NCBI GenBank assembly: GCA_041697335.1
Contig: JBGUGD010000026.1
Span: 1-55,088, forward strand
Length of the DNA: 55,088 nt
Direction of reading: 5' to 3'
Source: Vampirovibrionaceae bacterium NZW_1234
GTDB lineage: Bacteria; Cyanobacteriota; Vampirovibrionia; Vampirovibrionales; JAGQHJ01
Positions 1-11,529 of the stretch are shown here, piece after piece. The notes beneath the pieces are model-generated. The model had not been told where the DNA came from, searched no databases, and saw only the letters and a program-made list of their open reading frames with translations. The translations under genes and the position numbers were made by a program. Every line of letters begins with the position of its first letter. Positions within the stretch are counted from its first letter, which is position 1.

Positions 1-124
1 TCCCGCTACGACCAATTTAGAAAACTGTCTGTGCGTTACGAGCGGAACCCTTACCATTACAAAGCCTATTGGTACTTGGCTGGAGCCGTTTTAAACCTCT
101 CTCGATTAACGGGATAAGCTCTAG
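1..124 (+). mobile_element. Right end of an IS5-family insertion sequence (transposase C-terminus 1..117, 5' part outside window)
   Basis: Frame 1 reads SRYDQFRKLSVRYERNPYHYKAYWYLAGAVLNLSRLTG*, matching the FRRLxxRYER C-terminal motif of IS5-family DDE transposases. The stop lies within the putative terminal repeat ending ...GATAAGCTC, followed by TAG (possible target duplication). Confidence 0.75.
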
Positions 125-343
125 TCATCGACCTCCTTCAAATTGATAAGTAACTTACACATCAAAAAGAACACTATTAACAATGCTCTTCTACTCATAT
201 TATATTCAAACTCTTGACAAGACTGGCTGGCTTTAAGATTTTTTTAAGAAAATTGCAAAAACATTGGCTTGTAACCTGAAAAAGCCTTTCTTGAGAGGCT
301 TTCATCTGTTTTTGCAAGTGAGGAGAAAGTGGGGAGTTCCCCT

Positions 344-377
344 AAAAAAATTAAAAGCCCCTTTTGCGGAGGCTCTT
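344..377 (-). terminator. Probable intrinsic terminator downstream of tRNA-Ile
   Basis: Minus strand reads AAGAGCCUC-loop-GGGGCUUUU followed by a U-rich tail; a second hairpin lies at about 279..302. Confidence 0.55.
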
Positions 378-431
378 ATCTGTTTTTTGTTTCCCTTACT
401 GGGTTTCGTTATTTTACTTTTTGAAGAAATA

Positions 432-505
432 TGGGCCATCGGTGACTCGAACACCGGACCTCACCCTTATCAGGGGTGCGCTCTAGCCAACTGAGCTAAT
501 AGCCC
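432..505 (-). tRNA. tRNA-Ile (anticodon GAT), CCA not encoded
   Basis: Reverse complement GGGCTATTAGCTCAGTTGGCTAGAGCGCACCCCTGATAAGGGTGAGGTCCGGTGTTCGAGTCACCGATGGCCCA folds as a cloverleaf with anticodon loop CTGATAA and a TTCGA T-loop. Confidence 0.97.
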
Positions 506-526
506 ACGCATCTCACGGTATTTAAA

Positions 527-554
527 ATTTTAACCGGTCAATGTGGTTTGTCCA
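527..554 (-). promoter_or_regulatory. Candidate sigma70 promoter for tRNA-Ile
   Basis: TGGACA-N16-TAAAAT on the minus strand just upstream of the tRNA. Confidence 0.35.
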
Positions 555-816
555 GTAGTCTGACGAAATTGGTCGAATCCGCAAGGCGAGAGGCGGGCTT
601 GTTACATTTGGCAACAAAGGGGGAATGGATCAAAGCCCGTCATCACAGGGGCTTGGGAGCGTGCGCCGGCGGATTACCCGAAAATTGACTAGCAACTTTT
701 GCCTTGTTTCGCTTTTATATAGTCACAATTAGGGAAATTGGTGTTGCAGGGGGTCAAAGAGTATGTTAAAACCGTTGAGGTTAACACTGGAGTACGAAGG
801 TCGGGGAAAGCTATCT

Positions 817-2127
817 GTGAACAGTTTTAAGCAATTGAATCTGACCCAGCAAGTTATTTTGGCACTTGTTCTGGGCTTATTGGTGGGATGGCTTGCACCG
901 GCCATTGGCTTGGCCATTAAACCGATGGCAACCCTGTTCCTGCATATGATTAAAATGCTCATTGCGCCCCTGCTCTTTGCAACCCTGGTGGTCGGTATCG
1001 CCAATGGCGGTGACCACAAAAAGCTGGGACGGATTGGCTTTAAGACCATCTTGTATTTTGAAATCGCGACCACCCTCGCCTTGGTTATTGGCTTGGTTGT
1101 TGCCAATGTCTTTCAGCCCGGTGCCGGATTAAGTCTTGCTCTTGGCAACGGGCATATGTCTGAACTGGGAGAATTACAGGCCAATGCGGGCAAAATTTCC
1201 CAGGATCACTCCCTGTGGAGCACCATTTTACACGCGTTTCCCACCAGCATCGTGGATGCCATGGCCCGTGGCGATATTCTTCAGATTGTGATTTTCTCGG
1301 TCTTCTTTGGCTTGGCTTTGTCGGCCGCAGGCGATCGCGGCAAGCCGATTCTGCATGCCCTGGAGAGCCTGTCTGAGATTATGTTCAAATTTACAGGCAT
1401 GGTCATGGCCTTTGCCCCGATGGGGGTCTTTGCGGCCATCTCGGCAACAGTTGCGACCAACGGTATTGCCATTCTGTGGATTTACGCCAAGCTGGTGTTC
1501 TCCTTGTATTTTGCATTGGCGCTTTTCGTGGTTGCTGTGTTGGTGGTGGTTTGCGCCATTATTCGCGTGCCGTTCTTGAAGTTTATGAGTGCCATTAAGG
1601 AACCCTTTTTGTTGGCTTTCTCGACGGCCAGCAGCGAAGCCGCTTTGCCAACAGCAATGCGGGTTATGCAGAAATTTGGTGTGCCTAAAGATGTGGTGGG
1701 CTTTGTGATGCCCACCGGCTACAGCTTTAATCTGGATGGCAGTACCTTGTACCTGGCGTTGGCCACGCTCTTCATCGCCCAGTTGGCTGGGATTCAGTTG
1801 TCCATTTCACAACAAATCCTGATTATGCTGACTTTGATGATCACCAGCAAAGGTATTGCGGCTGTTCCGAGGGTGAGTCTTGTTGTGCTGACCGGCACAT
1901 TGATTGCCTTTGGCCTACCTGTGGAAGGGGTTGCCGTTCTCTTGGGGATCGATCACTTCCTGGATATGGGGCGGACCTCCGTAAACCTGGTTGGAAATTG
2001 TGTGGCAACGGCGGTTGTTGCCCGGTGGGAAGGGGTATTGGATGACGAGAAAATCCAAAACTTCCAACCCGAATCGGTAATACCAGCCGAAGCACCCGCA
2101 CCGGTTCTCACGTTGGTACCGCAGTAG
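817..2127 (+). CDS. Dicarboxylate/amino acid:cation symporter (DAACS, GltP-like glutamate/aspartate symporter)
   Basis: Motifs AFSTASSEAALP, GYSFNLDGS and DMGRTSVN, with many TM segments. GTG at 817 is preferred over the ORF-track start 763. Confidence 0.93.
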   Translation: MNSFKQLNLTQQVILALVLGLLVGWLAPAIGLAIKPMATLFLHMIKMLIAPLLFATLVVGIANGGDHKKLGRIGFKTILYFEIATTLALVIGLVVANVFQPGAGLSLALGNGHMSELGELQANAGKISQDHSLWSTILHAFPTSIVDAMARGDILQIVIFSVFFGLALSAAGDRGKPILHALESLSEIMFKFTGMVMAFAPMGVFAAISATVATNGIAILWIYAKLVFSLYFALALFVVAVLVVVCAIIRVPFLKFMSAIKEPFLLAFSTASSEAALPTAMRVMQKFGVPKDVVGFVMPTGYSFNLDGSTLYLALATLFIAQLAGIQLSISQQILIMLTLMITSKGIAAVPRVSLVVLTGTLIAFGLPVEGVAVLLGIDHFLDMGRTSVNLVGNCVATAVVARWEGVLDDEKIQNFQPESVIPAEAPAPVLTLVPQ

Positions 2128-2202
2128 TTTTTAGCCGTAAAAATACCGTCATCAGGTGGCTTTTAGAAAAAGATGCTTTGAAGTTTTCTCTGAGCTTCTT
2201 TA

Positions 2203-2481
2203 TTAAGGCGTTGCCATCTTCTTTAAGGCAGAAGAGGATTGACCGTGCCATTGTTGCGGGTCTGCCGGTGCTTGAGGCTGCTGGAAAAGCTCCCGATGGG
2301 GTCTGAAATCACCCTTGTGGAAGGGAAAGGCTTTGAGCCATTGTTGCTGAAAGGACTGGTTGGATTCTTGAATCAAGGCTTGGTAGGGCTTGCTCATCAG
2401 GACAATGGTGTTCTCGGCCCACGATACCGTGGTTATCAGACTTAACAAGACACCGAATACCAGAATGCGTCCAATCTTCAT
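2203..2481 (-). CDS. Small secreted hypothetical protein (92 aa)
   Basis: Clear Sec signal peptide (MKIGRILVFGVLLSLITTVSWA); AGGAG-like RBS upstream. Confidence 0.7.
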   Translation of the reverse strand: MKIGRILVFGVLLSLITTVSWAENTIVLMSKPYQALIQESNQSFQQQWLKAFPFHKGDFRPHRELFQQPQAPADPQQWHGQSSSALKKMATP

Positions 2482-2697
2482 GAAAATCCCAATCGCTCCT
2501 AGGTTGTATTTGATAGTCCATTTAAACCCAAGGATGATCTGAAATTGCGCCCTTTGTCAATCCTCCCAATGTCCGCTGGGGGAATTGTTTATGAAATGAT
2601 CTTTAATTCGGGTGGCTTTAATTGCATCTTTTGCCAAAGTTGCCGAAACCCTAAGGGAGTCATTCGAATTTAGAGTAACACCATCTCGGGGTAATAC

Positions 2698-3627
2698 ATG
2701 GTTCAACGGTCAGACGGACTTGGGCAAGGCCCCATCAATAACTCCCAGCCATTGCAGGGCAAAGCATTTCAAGATGGCTTGGTGCAAGACGCCTTGTTGA
2801 TTGGCGAGCGATCCGGTTATGACGACTACCGAAACTGGGGGAAATCCCCAAGGTTGAATCCGGCCGCTTTGTCTGATGAACAGTGGGGTGTTGTGCTGTT
2901 TTACTTTACCCTGCTAAAAGGGGCTGCCCGGCGAAACCTGGCTAAGAACACGGTTAATACACCGCTTCCACCCATGCCTCCGCCGCCCATGCCGCGGCAG
3001 GAAAATCAAACGCAAACCGATCAAAAGGGGGTTGAGCCCCCGCCACCGCCCATGCCTCCTCCGAGAGAGGATATGAAGAAGGTGGATAATTTGCCGCCCA
3101 TGCCTCCGCCCCCGCAACCCCCCATGCCCCCTCCTCCACCCATGCCGGTGGATAAGATTGTGTACAACCCGCCACCGCCCATGCCCCGGGATGACAAGAA
3201 GGTCGTGGATAATCCGCCACCCCCGATGCCTCCCCCGCCCCCACAACCACCCATGCCGCCACCGCCGATGCCGTTTTTGGACAAGTGGATTAAGAATCCG
3301 CCCCCGATGCCCCGGCCTCCTATGCCTCGGCCCAGAGACGATCAGTTTGTTTACGATCCGCCGCCACCCATGCCGCCACCGCCGCCGCAACCGCCTTTGC
3401 CGATGGACGATAAGTTCGTCTATCATCAGCCGCCCATGCCGATGCCTCCCATGCCTCGGCCGCCAATGCCGCGGCCCAGAGACGATCTGTTCGTCTACAA
3501 TCCTCCCCCTCCCATGCCACCGCCGCCACAACCGCCTCTGCCGGTGGATGACAAGTTTGTCTTCAATCCGCCACCCCCGATGCCTCGGCCGCCCATGCCG
3601 ATGCCTCCCATGCCGCGGCCGGTTTAG
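2698..3627 (+). CDS. Proline/methionine-rich repeat protein (about 8 units of DDK[F/I/V]V[Y/D/F]N-PPPPMP...)
   Basis: 309-aa ORF with a unique ~85-aa N-terminus followed by repeats. Pro codons vary synonymously between repeat copies, consistent with selection on the protein in this frame. Confidence 0.8.
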   Translation: MVQRSDGLGQGPINNSQPLQGKAFQDGLVQDALLIGERSGYDDYRNWGKSPRLNPAALSDEQWGVVLFYFTLLKGAARRNLAKNTVNTPLPPMPPPPMPRQENQTQTDQKGVEPPPPPMPPPREDMKKVDNLPPMPPPPQPPMPPPPPMPVDKIVYNPPPPMPRDDKKVVDNPPPPMPPPPPQPPMPPPPMPFLDKWIKNPPPMPRPPMPRPRDDQFVYDPPPPMPPPPPQPPLPMDDKFVYHQPPMPMPPMPRPPMPRPRDDLFVYNPPPPMPPPPQPPLPVDDKFVFNPPPPMPRPPMPMPPMPRPV

Positions 3628-3738
3628 AGGAGTCTTTGCCCCAAATCTTGCAGCCGTGAAATTCTCACTGCCGTCCGAAGTGACGGGATTATCGCTATAA
3701 TAAAATGAATGCGTGAATAGCCGCCATAGAGAACCAAG

Positions 3739-4773
3739 ATGAGTTCAGAGCCCTCCAACGAATTTGCTTTAAAGCAATGGGTTGCAGAAAGCCTTATCAG
3801 GCAGTTACCCGAACAGAATATCAAGGCCAAGCTGGTGGCAACCGGCTACGATGAGGACTATGCTCTGTCTCTGCTGGAGGAGGCCAAGCCCTATATTGCA
3901 GCCTTCCCTGAAATTGGGCGGGAATTGGCGAAGCGGGATTGGCTTTTGGATGTCCTTCATCGGGTTCAGCGACAGTCGGCGCATACACAAACCATCGAGC
4001 GGCGTTCTGTTGATGAACTGTCCCGTGAGGCGTTTATCGAACAGTATTACACGGCCAATCGGCCTGTGATTGTTACCGGGGCGTTTCAAGATTGGCCTGC
4101 TTTAAAGAAATGGACCCCCGAGTACCTTTTGGAGCAGTTCGGTGAGGACACGGTTGAGGTGCAGACCCAGCGTGAGGCCGATCCCATCTACGAACACAAC
4201 GCACATCAGCATAAGGCACGAATGCCCTTCCATCAGTTCATTGCCATGGTACTGGGCGCCGAATCCAGCAATGACTTCTATATGACGGGCAACAATATGG
4301 AAGAAAACAACGCGGTGCTGAAGACCCTGTTTGAAGATATGGGCCCATTGCCCCCATATCTTGAAGATCGGGGACCCGATGGCCAGAATGCCTATTTCTG
4401 GTTTGGCCCGGCGGGCACCATTACCAAATTGCATCACGACATCTGCAACGGTTTCCTGGCACAAATGTACGGGCGAAAACTCATCAAGCTTATTTCCCCG
4501 CTGCAGTTGCCCCACATGTACCATTATCTGAATTTTTACAGCCGAGTGGATCTGGAACAACCCGATTTGGACCAGTATCCTTTATTTAAAGAGGTCGAAA
4601 TGACCGAGGTAATCCTGCATCCTGGCGAAATGCTGTTTATCCCGGTGGCGTGGTGGCACTATGTTCGGGCCTTGGATATCAGTATTTCACTGTCGTTTAA
4701 TAACTTTTGTGCCCCAAACACCTACCCCACCTTTTATGAAGTGGCCGGCCCCGATCCGGAACAAGCCGACTGA
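3739..4773 (+). CDS. JmjC/cupin-like Fe(II)/2-oxoglutarate oxygenase (Cupin_8, FIH/JMJD5-like)
   Basis: NRPVIVTG...WPALKKWT, W-F-G-P-A-G-T-x-T-x-L-H-H-D metal motif and PGEMLFIPVAWWHYV distal His. Confidence 0.9.
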   Translation: MSSEPSNEFALKQWVAESLIRQLPEQNIKAKLVATGYDEDYALSLLEEAKPYIAAFPEIGRELAKRDWLLDVLHRVQRQSAHTQTIERRSVDELSREAFIEQYYTANRPVIVTGAFQDWPALKKWTPEYLLEQFGEDTVEVQTQREADPIYEHNAHQHKARMPFHQFIAMVLGAESSNDFYMTGNNMEENNAVLKTLFEDMGPLPPYLEDRGPDGQNAYFWFGPAGTITKLHHDICNGFLAQMYGRKLIKLISPLQLPHMYHYLNFYSRVDLEQPDLDQYPLFKEVEMTEVILHPGEMLFIPVAWWHYVRALDISISLSFNNFCAPNTYPTFYEVAGPDPEQAD

Positions 4774-4795
4774 GCGTCCATGTTACTGAGATGCT

Positions 4796-5527
4796 CTAGT
4801 TTAGCGGCTCGTTTTCAAAATACGTTTTGACGTTGCTGTTACTGACACCGGATAAACGGCAAATCTGTCGGCTGATTTCGGTGACGTTCCATTTGCCGGG
4901 AGTGGCAATGACCACGTAGGTCAGATCCATTTTATCTGTATCGGCGTCAGAGCGGACTTTGGATTCAATAATACGGTCATGGAAGTTCTGCTCCATCCAG
5001 CCCTGGGCCGAGGCGCTTTCAGAAATTTTTGTGGTAATGCTGACTCGAAGCCGGTTGAAAGTACGCGTGTTCTTGGCAAAGAAATGGCGCTCCATTTTGC
5101 CAATGGTAAACAGCACCAGAAAGGCCAGAATGGTGGAAATAATCGCCAGGCGAAACTGCCCGATGCCAACCATCATGCCAATACTGGCCATGGTCCATAA
5201 ACTGGCTGCCGTGGTTAAGCCGCGGACCGTGGTGCCATGACGCAGTACTGCACCCCCGCCGATAAAACCAATACCCGCTACAATTTGGGCGGCCACCCGA
5301 GAGGGGTCCCGGACAACACGGTTATCGGCATTGGTGTAATAGGGCATATGCGATAGCCCATGATAAAAATCAGACAGAGAGACGATCGTGAAAATAGTTG
5401 ACCCCAATGTCACCAGAATATGGGTGCGCAGCCCGGCGGACTTTTGGGTAAACTCCCGTTCAAGTCCGATTATGGCGCCAAGAACAAGTGATAAAAATAT
5501 GCGAGGTATAGCTTCATTGGGATCCAT
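4796..5527 (-). CDS. MgtC/SapB family membrane protein
   Basis: IGLERE, AGLRTH, RVAAQIVAGIGFIGGG and GLTTAASLW motifs, plus a C-terminal ACT-like domain. Confidence 0.93.
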   Translation of the reverse strand: MDPNEAIPRIFLSLVLGAIIGLEREFTQKSAGLRTHILVTLGSTIFTIVSLSDFYHGLSHMPYYTNADNRVVRDPSRVAAQIVAGIGFIGGGAVLRHGTTVRGLTTAASLWTMASIGMMVGIGQFRLAIISTILAFLVLFTIGKMERHFFAKNTRTFNRLRVSITTKISESASAQGWMEQNFHDRIIESKVRSDADTDKMDLTYVVIATPGKWNVTEISRQICRLSGVSNSNVKTYFENEPLN

Positions 5528-5596
5528 AGACGCTATTATGCCAGAGTTCCGTTAAAGGGGAAACATCCGTTGATGCCGAGCAACCCCAAAGGTTGT

Positions 5597-5623
5597 TCAG
5601 GTCCGGTTTCGGTTGGCCGATAC
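5597..5623 (+). promoter_or_regulatory. Candidate sigma28 (FliA)-type promoter
   Basis: TCAG-N15-GCCGATAC versus consensus TAAA-N15-GCCGATAA, upstream of the 5717 gene. Confidence 0.35.
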
Positions 5624-5716
5624 ATTCCTCAAAGAGCCACTGGTAATTTTGGGGCCGAAACGCTATGATGCTTATAGGCGTTGAAGTTGCACCACGCTGG
5701 AAACGGAGGCAGCCAA

Positions 5717-6085
5717 ATGTTTGGAATAACCGGGTTTAAATGTCAGATGCCCCATCTGTTGCGATTGACATTGGGCGTGGCCCTTCTCTTGGGAGTGACC
5801 GGCCTGGGATCAAGCAGCAATGCCCAGACCAATAGTTTTCCCGCCAATGCCAACCCGGGCGCTGTATTGCGCCATAGCCAGCAGCAGCAATTTTTGCAGC
5901 AGAATACACCCTACCTCTTTCGCCCTTTAAGTGAACAGGATGTCACCGGGCCCATTTCCCCGGAATCACCCATTACCATCGAGGATGGGGTTCTGCCTGG
6001 AAAAGAGCGAATTCAGGGTATTATTGTCACGCCTGACGGACAAACCATCATTGGGCCCCCAGAAGATGGGACGGATTCTCGCTAA
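5717..6085 (+). CDS. Secreted hypothetical protein
   Basis: GGAGG RBS before ATG 5717; hydrophobic signal peptide ending SSNA; Gln-rich stretch. Confidence 0.65.
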   Translation: MFGITGFKCQMPHLLRLTLGVALLLGVTGLGSSSNAQTNSFPANANPGAVLRHSQQQQFLQQNTPYLFRPLSEQDVTGPISPESPITIEDGVLPGKERIQGIIVTPDGQTIIGPPEDGTDSR

Positions 6086-6519
6086 GACAGTTTTCTAAGC
6101 CCGTCATCGGCTTGATGTGTTTTTATGGCCTCCCGAATTCACCCTGTGTGGGGAAGTCCGGCGCGTCTTTTATCCTGGCCAGCATTGCGTTACAGTGGGT
6201 CACGCTTGAAATCTGAAGAAAAGATTAACCCTAGCACAAGGTGAAAATCGGTTGTTTTTATATATATACAAACAAGGTTCAGTGTGTAGGATAACCAAGC
6301 GGTGTGGAGGTTTACCACCGAGTTATAAAATCAAATCGTAGCTTTGGCAACGCTCTCTTGAATTTTCGTCAAGGTATGAACAAGTCGATTTAACAACTGA
6401 AAAAGTTACCTGCATCATTCCTGACGCAGGCCACGACGAGTGAATCGGCGGCGTTTTGCACAGCTTCGATCTGCAAAACCAATTTTCCCCAATACACTCT
6501 CCAATGTCTGTCCAATTTT

Positions 6520-6552
6520 ATCCCGGATTCCTGCCCGGGATTTTTATTTTTG
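6520..6552 (+). terminator. Intrinsic terminator-like hairpin in the 6086..6656 intergenic region
   Basis: ATCCCGG-loop-CCGGGAT followed by TTTTATTTTT on the plus strand. Confidence 0.6.
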
Positions 6553-6656
6553 TCGGTTTTTTGAGCGAGCACCCAGTGGCGCGTCGTAGAAGCTGTCGAT
6601 GACGATTCCCAGGCGCAGCAACGGCAAAGCACAAGCATCAGAGGGGAGGAGTGTAC

Positions 6657-7997
6657 CTAGGCCGGTTGTAAATCCTGGGCAATCAGATCATCAAAGGTTT
6701 CCGCTTTGATCAGCACCTCGGCCTTGCCCTGATCCACCAGAATCATCGCCGGTTTGGGCATCCGGTTGTAGTTGGATGCCATGGCGTAGTTATAAGCGCC
6801 GGTGCCAAACACCAGAAACAGATCGCCGGGGGCAATGCTTTCGGGGGCCATAAACTCGCGAATCAAAATATCGCCGGATTCACAGTATTTTCCGGCAATC
6901 GTCACCTTGCGGGTGCAGGGTTCATTGGGCTTGTTCGCAACCATGGCCGAATACACCGCTCCGTACAAGGCCGGGCGAATGTTATCCCCCATACCGCCGT
7001 CAATGGCCACGTAGGTTTTATTGATTTCGGTAATGGATTTAATGCTGCCGACCTGGTAGAGCGTTACCCCCGAGGTGGCCACCAGGCTTCGGCCCGGCTC
7101 CAGAATCAGGGTGGGCAGCGGGTAGTCGATTTCCTTGGCATAGCTGATAAGCTTGGCAATCAATGGCTCAGCCAAGGCGTCCACAGAGGGAGGATCATCC
7201 TCGCCCTGGTAGGAGATGCCGAGGCCCCCGCCCAGATTCAGGTGGGTCAGGGTCAGTCCGAATTCGGCCCGAATGGTTTGAAAGAGGTTCAGCATGACCT
7301 CAGCCAAATCCAGATACGGCCGAATCTCGAAGATTTGCGAACCAATATGGGCATGCAGGCCCACCAGCTCAATGGTGTCAGCGTACTGTTGGGTCAGTTG
7401 GGTCAGGGCTTCATTCAGCTGGCTTAGTGGAAAGCCGAATTTGCTGTCGATATGACCGGTTTTAATGTAATCGTGGGTGTGACATTCAATGCCTGGGGTA
7501 ATGCGCAAGATGGCCTGGACTTTTTTCCCTTGGCCCAGGGATTGAACCACGTCATGGATCAGGGCCATCTCGTAGAAATTGTCGATACTGATTTTGCCGA
7601 CCCCTTGGCCAATGGCCAATTCCAATTCCTGACGAGTTTTGTTGTTGCCGTTAAACACCACCCGCTCCAGCGGAAAACCGGCTCTAAGCGCCGTATAGAA
7701 TTCCCCGCCCGAAACCACGTCAAGTCCCAGCCCTTCTCGGGCGATGAGAGAGCAGAGCCCCATGGAAAGATTGGCCTTACCGGCAAACAAGACATTTACC
7801 GGCGCGGGATAGGTTGAAAAGGCGTCTTTATAGGCCCGCATCATGGTGGTCAGGGTCAGCTTGTCCAGCACATACAGCGGGGTGCCGTAAGATTTGGCCA
7901 GGCTGGCAACGGAAACACCGCCAATGGAAACATCCTTGGCATCGGCAGAAACCTCAAAGGAGAGGGGTTTAATTTGGGTATTCGGGGAGGGACTCAT
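6657..7997 (-). CDS. lysA: Diaminopimelate decarboxylase
   Basis: YGTPLYV, FAGKAN (PLP Lys), GIECHTHDYIKTGHIDSKFG, HAHIGSQI, EPGRSLVA, CESGD and GAYNYAMASNYN. Start is probably ATG 7997 (track start 8081). Confidence 0.96.
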   Translation of the reverse strand: MSPSPNTQIKPLSFEVSADAKDVSIGGVSVASLAKSYGTPLYVLDKLTLTTMMRAYKDAFSTYPAPVNVLFAGKANLSMGLCSLIAREGLGLDVVSGGEFYTALRAGFPLERVVFNGNNKTRQELELAIGQGVGKISIDNFYEMALIHDVVQSLGQGKKVQAILRITPGIECHTHDYIKTGHIDSKFGFPLSQLNEALTQLTQQYADTIELVGLHAHIGSQIFEIRPYLDLAEVMLNLFQTIRAEFGLTLTHLNLGGGLGISYQGEDDPPSVDALAEPLIAKLISYAKEIDYPLPTLILEPGRSLVATSGVTLYQVGSIKSITEINKTYVAIDGGMGDNIRPALYGAVYSAMVANKPNEPCTRKVTIAGKYCESGDILIREFMAPESIAPGDLFLVFGTGAYNYAMASNYNRMPKPAMILVDQGKAEVLIKAETFDDLIAQDLQPA

Positions 7998-8162
7998 AAG
8001 GGTGCGGACCTCAAAAATGCGTGACTCATGTCTCTCTCTGGGAACGTCGATTATTGTACCCTGAAATGCAAAATCCGACACGCCTTCGTATGAAGGTACC
8101 TGTGAGAGCTGAGTTTATGGAACTTTAGCAGGTGCGAAGCTTTGTTGCAGCAGGATCAGTGG

Positions 8163-8600
8163 TTAGCCCAGGCTGTCGAAAGGCGGTTTGCGGCCTTTTA
8201 AATCCTTCGGGTTGGAATTTTTATATTGGGATTTTGGAATGTCAGGCAATTGCGGGGCGGGAGACGGTCCCGTCGTATCGGCGAGGCGTCGAAGCAGATG
8301 CCATTTCAGCTGGGCTTTGATCCCATCAATTTTGGCAAGAACAGGGTCATTTTCGCCAAAAGATTGTTTGGCTCGGGTTTTAAGCTGGTCCAGTGCGCTG
8401 CTGGTTTCAAGGTACTGATCAAACGTCTTGCACCGATTGCCTTTGACCACCGCCCACTGTTCGCCATAATAAGTAGGAACCGGAAAAAAACTGGACCCGG
8501 CAATGGCACACGACAATTCCATGGCTTGATTCTGTGCAATCCCTGGCGATTGAAACCACGGTTGCTGATAGACACGGACTTCGTTTACAAAAAGGGGCAT
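8163..8600 (-). CDS. Hypothetical protein (145 aa)
   Basis: ATG-initiated ORF filling the gap between lysA and gyrB; no recognisable motif. Confidence 0.55.
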   Translation of the reverse strand: MPLFVNEVRVYQQPWFQSPGIAQNQAMELSCAIAGSSFFPVPTYYGEQWAVVKGNRCKTFDQYLETSSALDQLKTRAKQSFGENDPVLAKIDGIKAQLKWHLLRRLADTTGPSPAPQLPDIPKSQYKNSNPKDLKGRKPPFDSLG

Positions 8601-8976
8601 ATCACCAAATATCCTATCGGGGCATCAAGCCGCTCGAACGCGAGCCGCCGTTTCAATAAAATAGGTCAAACGGAAAAATTGCGCATCAGGACCTGGGACA
8701 TTCTTGCCATCGGTTTGGCCCCCCCGCAAGCGCTAGATTGCAAACAAACTTTACACACTGTGGGGAAGGGCCGATGTACAATAGAGGACAGCGCTACCCG
8801 AGAGAGTTTATGTCATTTCTATTGAACGTGATTTTCAGCGAAGCCGAAGGGCTTGAAGTCAAATTGTAAAGTACTGGCCGACAGCATGTTTATTAGAAAC
8901 CCATCAGCCTTTGTGGTAGAATACGATCGGTCTAGGCGAATGTGCTATTGAGAGAAGGCGGAGAACCGAATCATGA

Positions 8977-11529
<2,553 letters not shown>

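Noticed and set aside
264..494. 76-aa ORF on the plus strand
   Set aside because: It is antisense to tRNA-Ile and its terminators; spurious.
633..654. AAGCCC...GGGCTT-type palindromes here and near 23232 and 46631 as a dispersed repeat family
   Set aside because: Spacer lengths and arms are inconsistent; cannot be supported as one family by eye.
2914..3531. Arg/His/Gly/Trp-rich and poly-Gly ORFs on the minus strand
   Set aside because: Shadows of the Pro/Met codon repeats of the plus-strand gene.
2960..3625. Possible CRISPR array or DNA-level tandem repeat
   Set aside because: Repeats are degenerate at synonymous positions, lack constant repeat/unique spacer structure, and no cas genes are present.
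6304..6564. Short plus-strand ORF (GTG 6304 or ATG 6376 to TAA 6393) with an open frame continuing after the stop; possible leader peptide or pseudogene
   Set aside because: No regulatory codon run, no downstream plus-strand gene to attenuate, and no recognisable homology.
6657..8160. Lysine riboswitch upstream of lysA
   Set aside because: Upstream gap is short and shows no recognisable L-box features.
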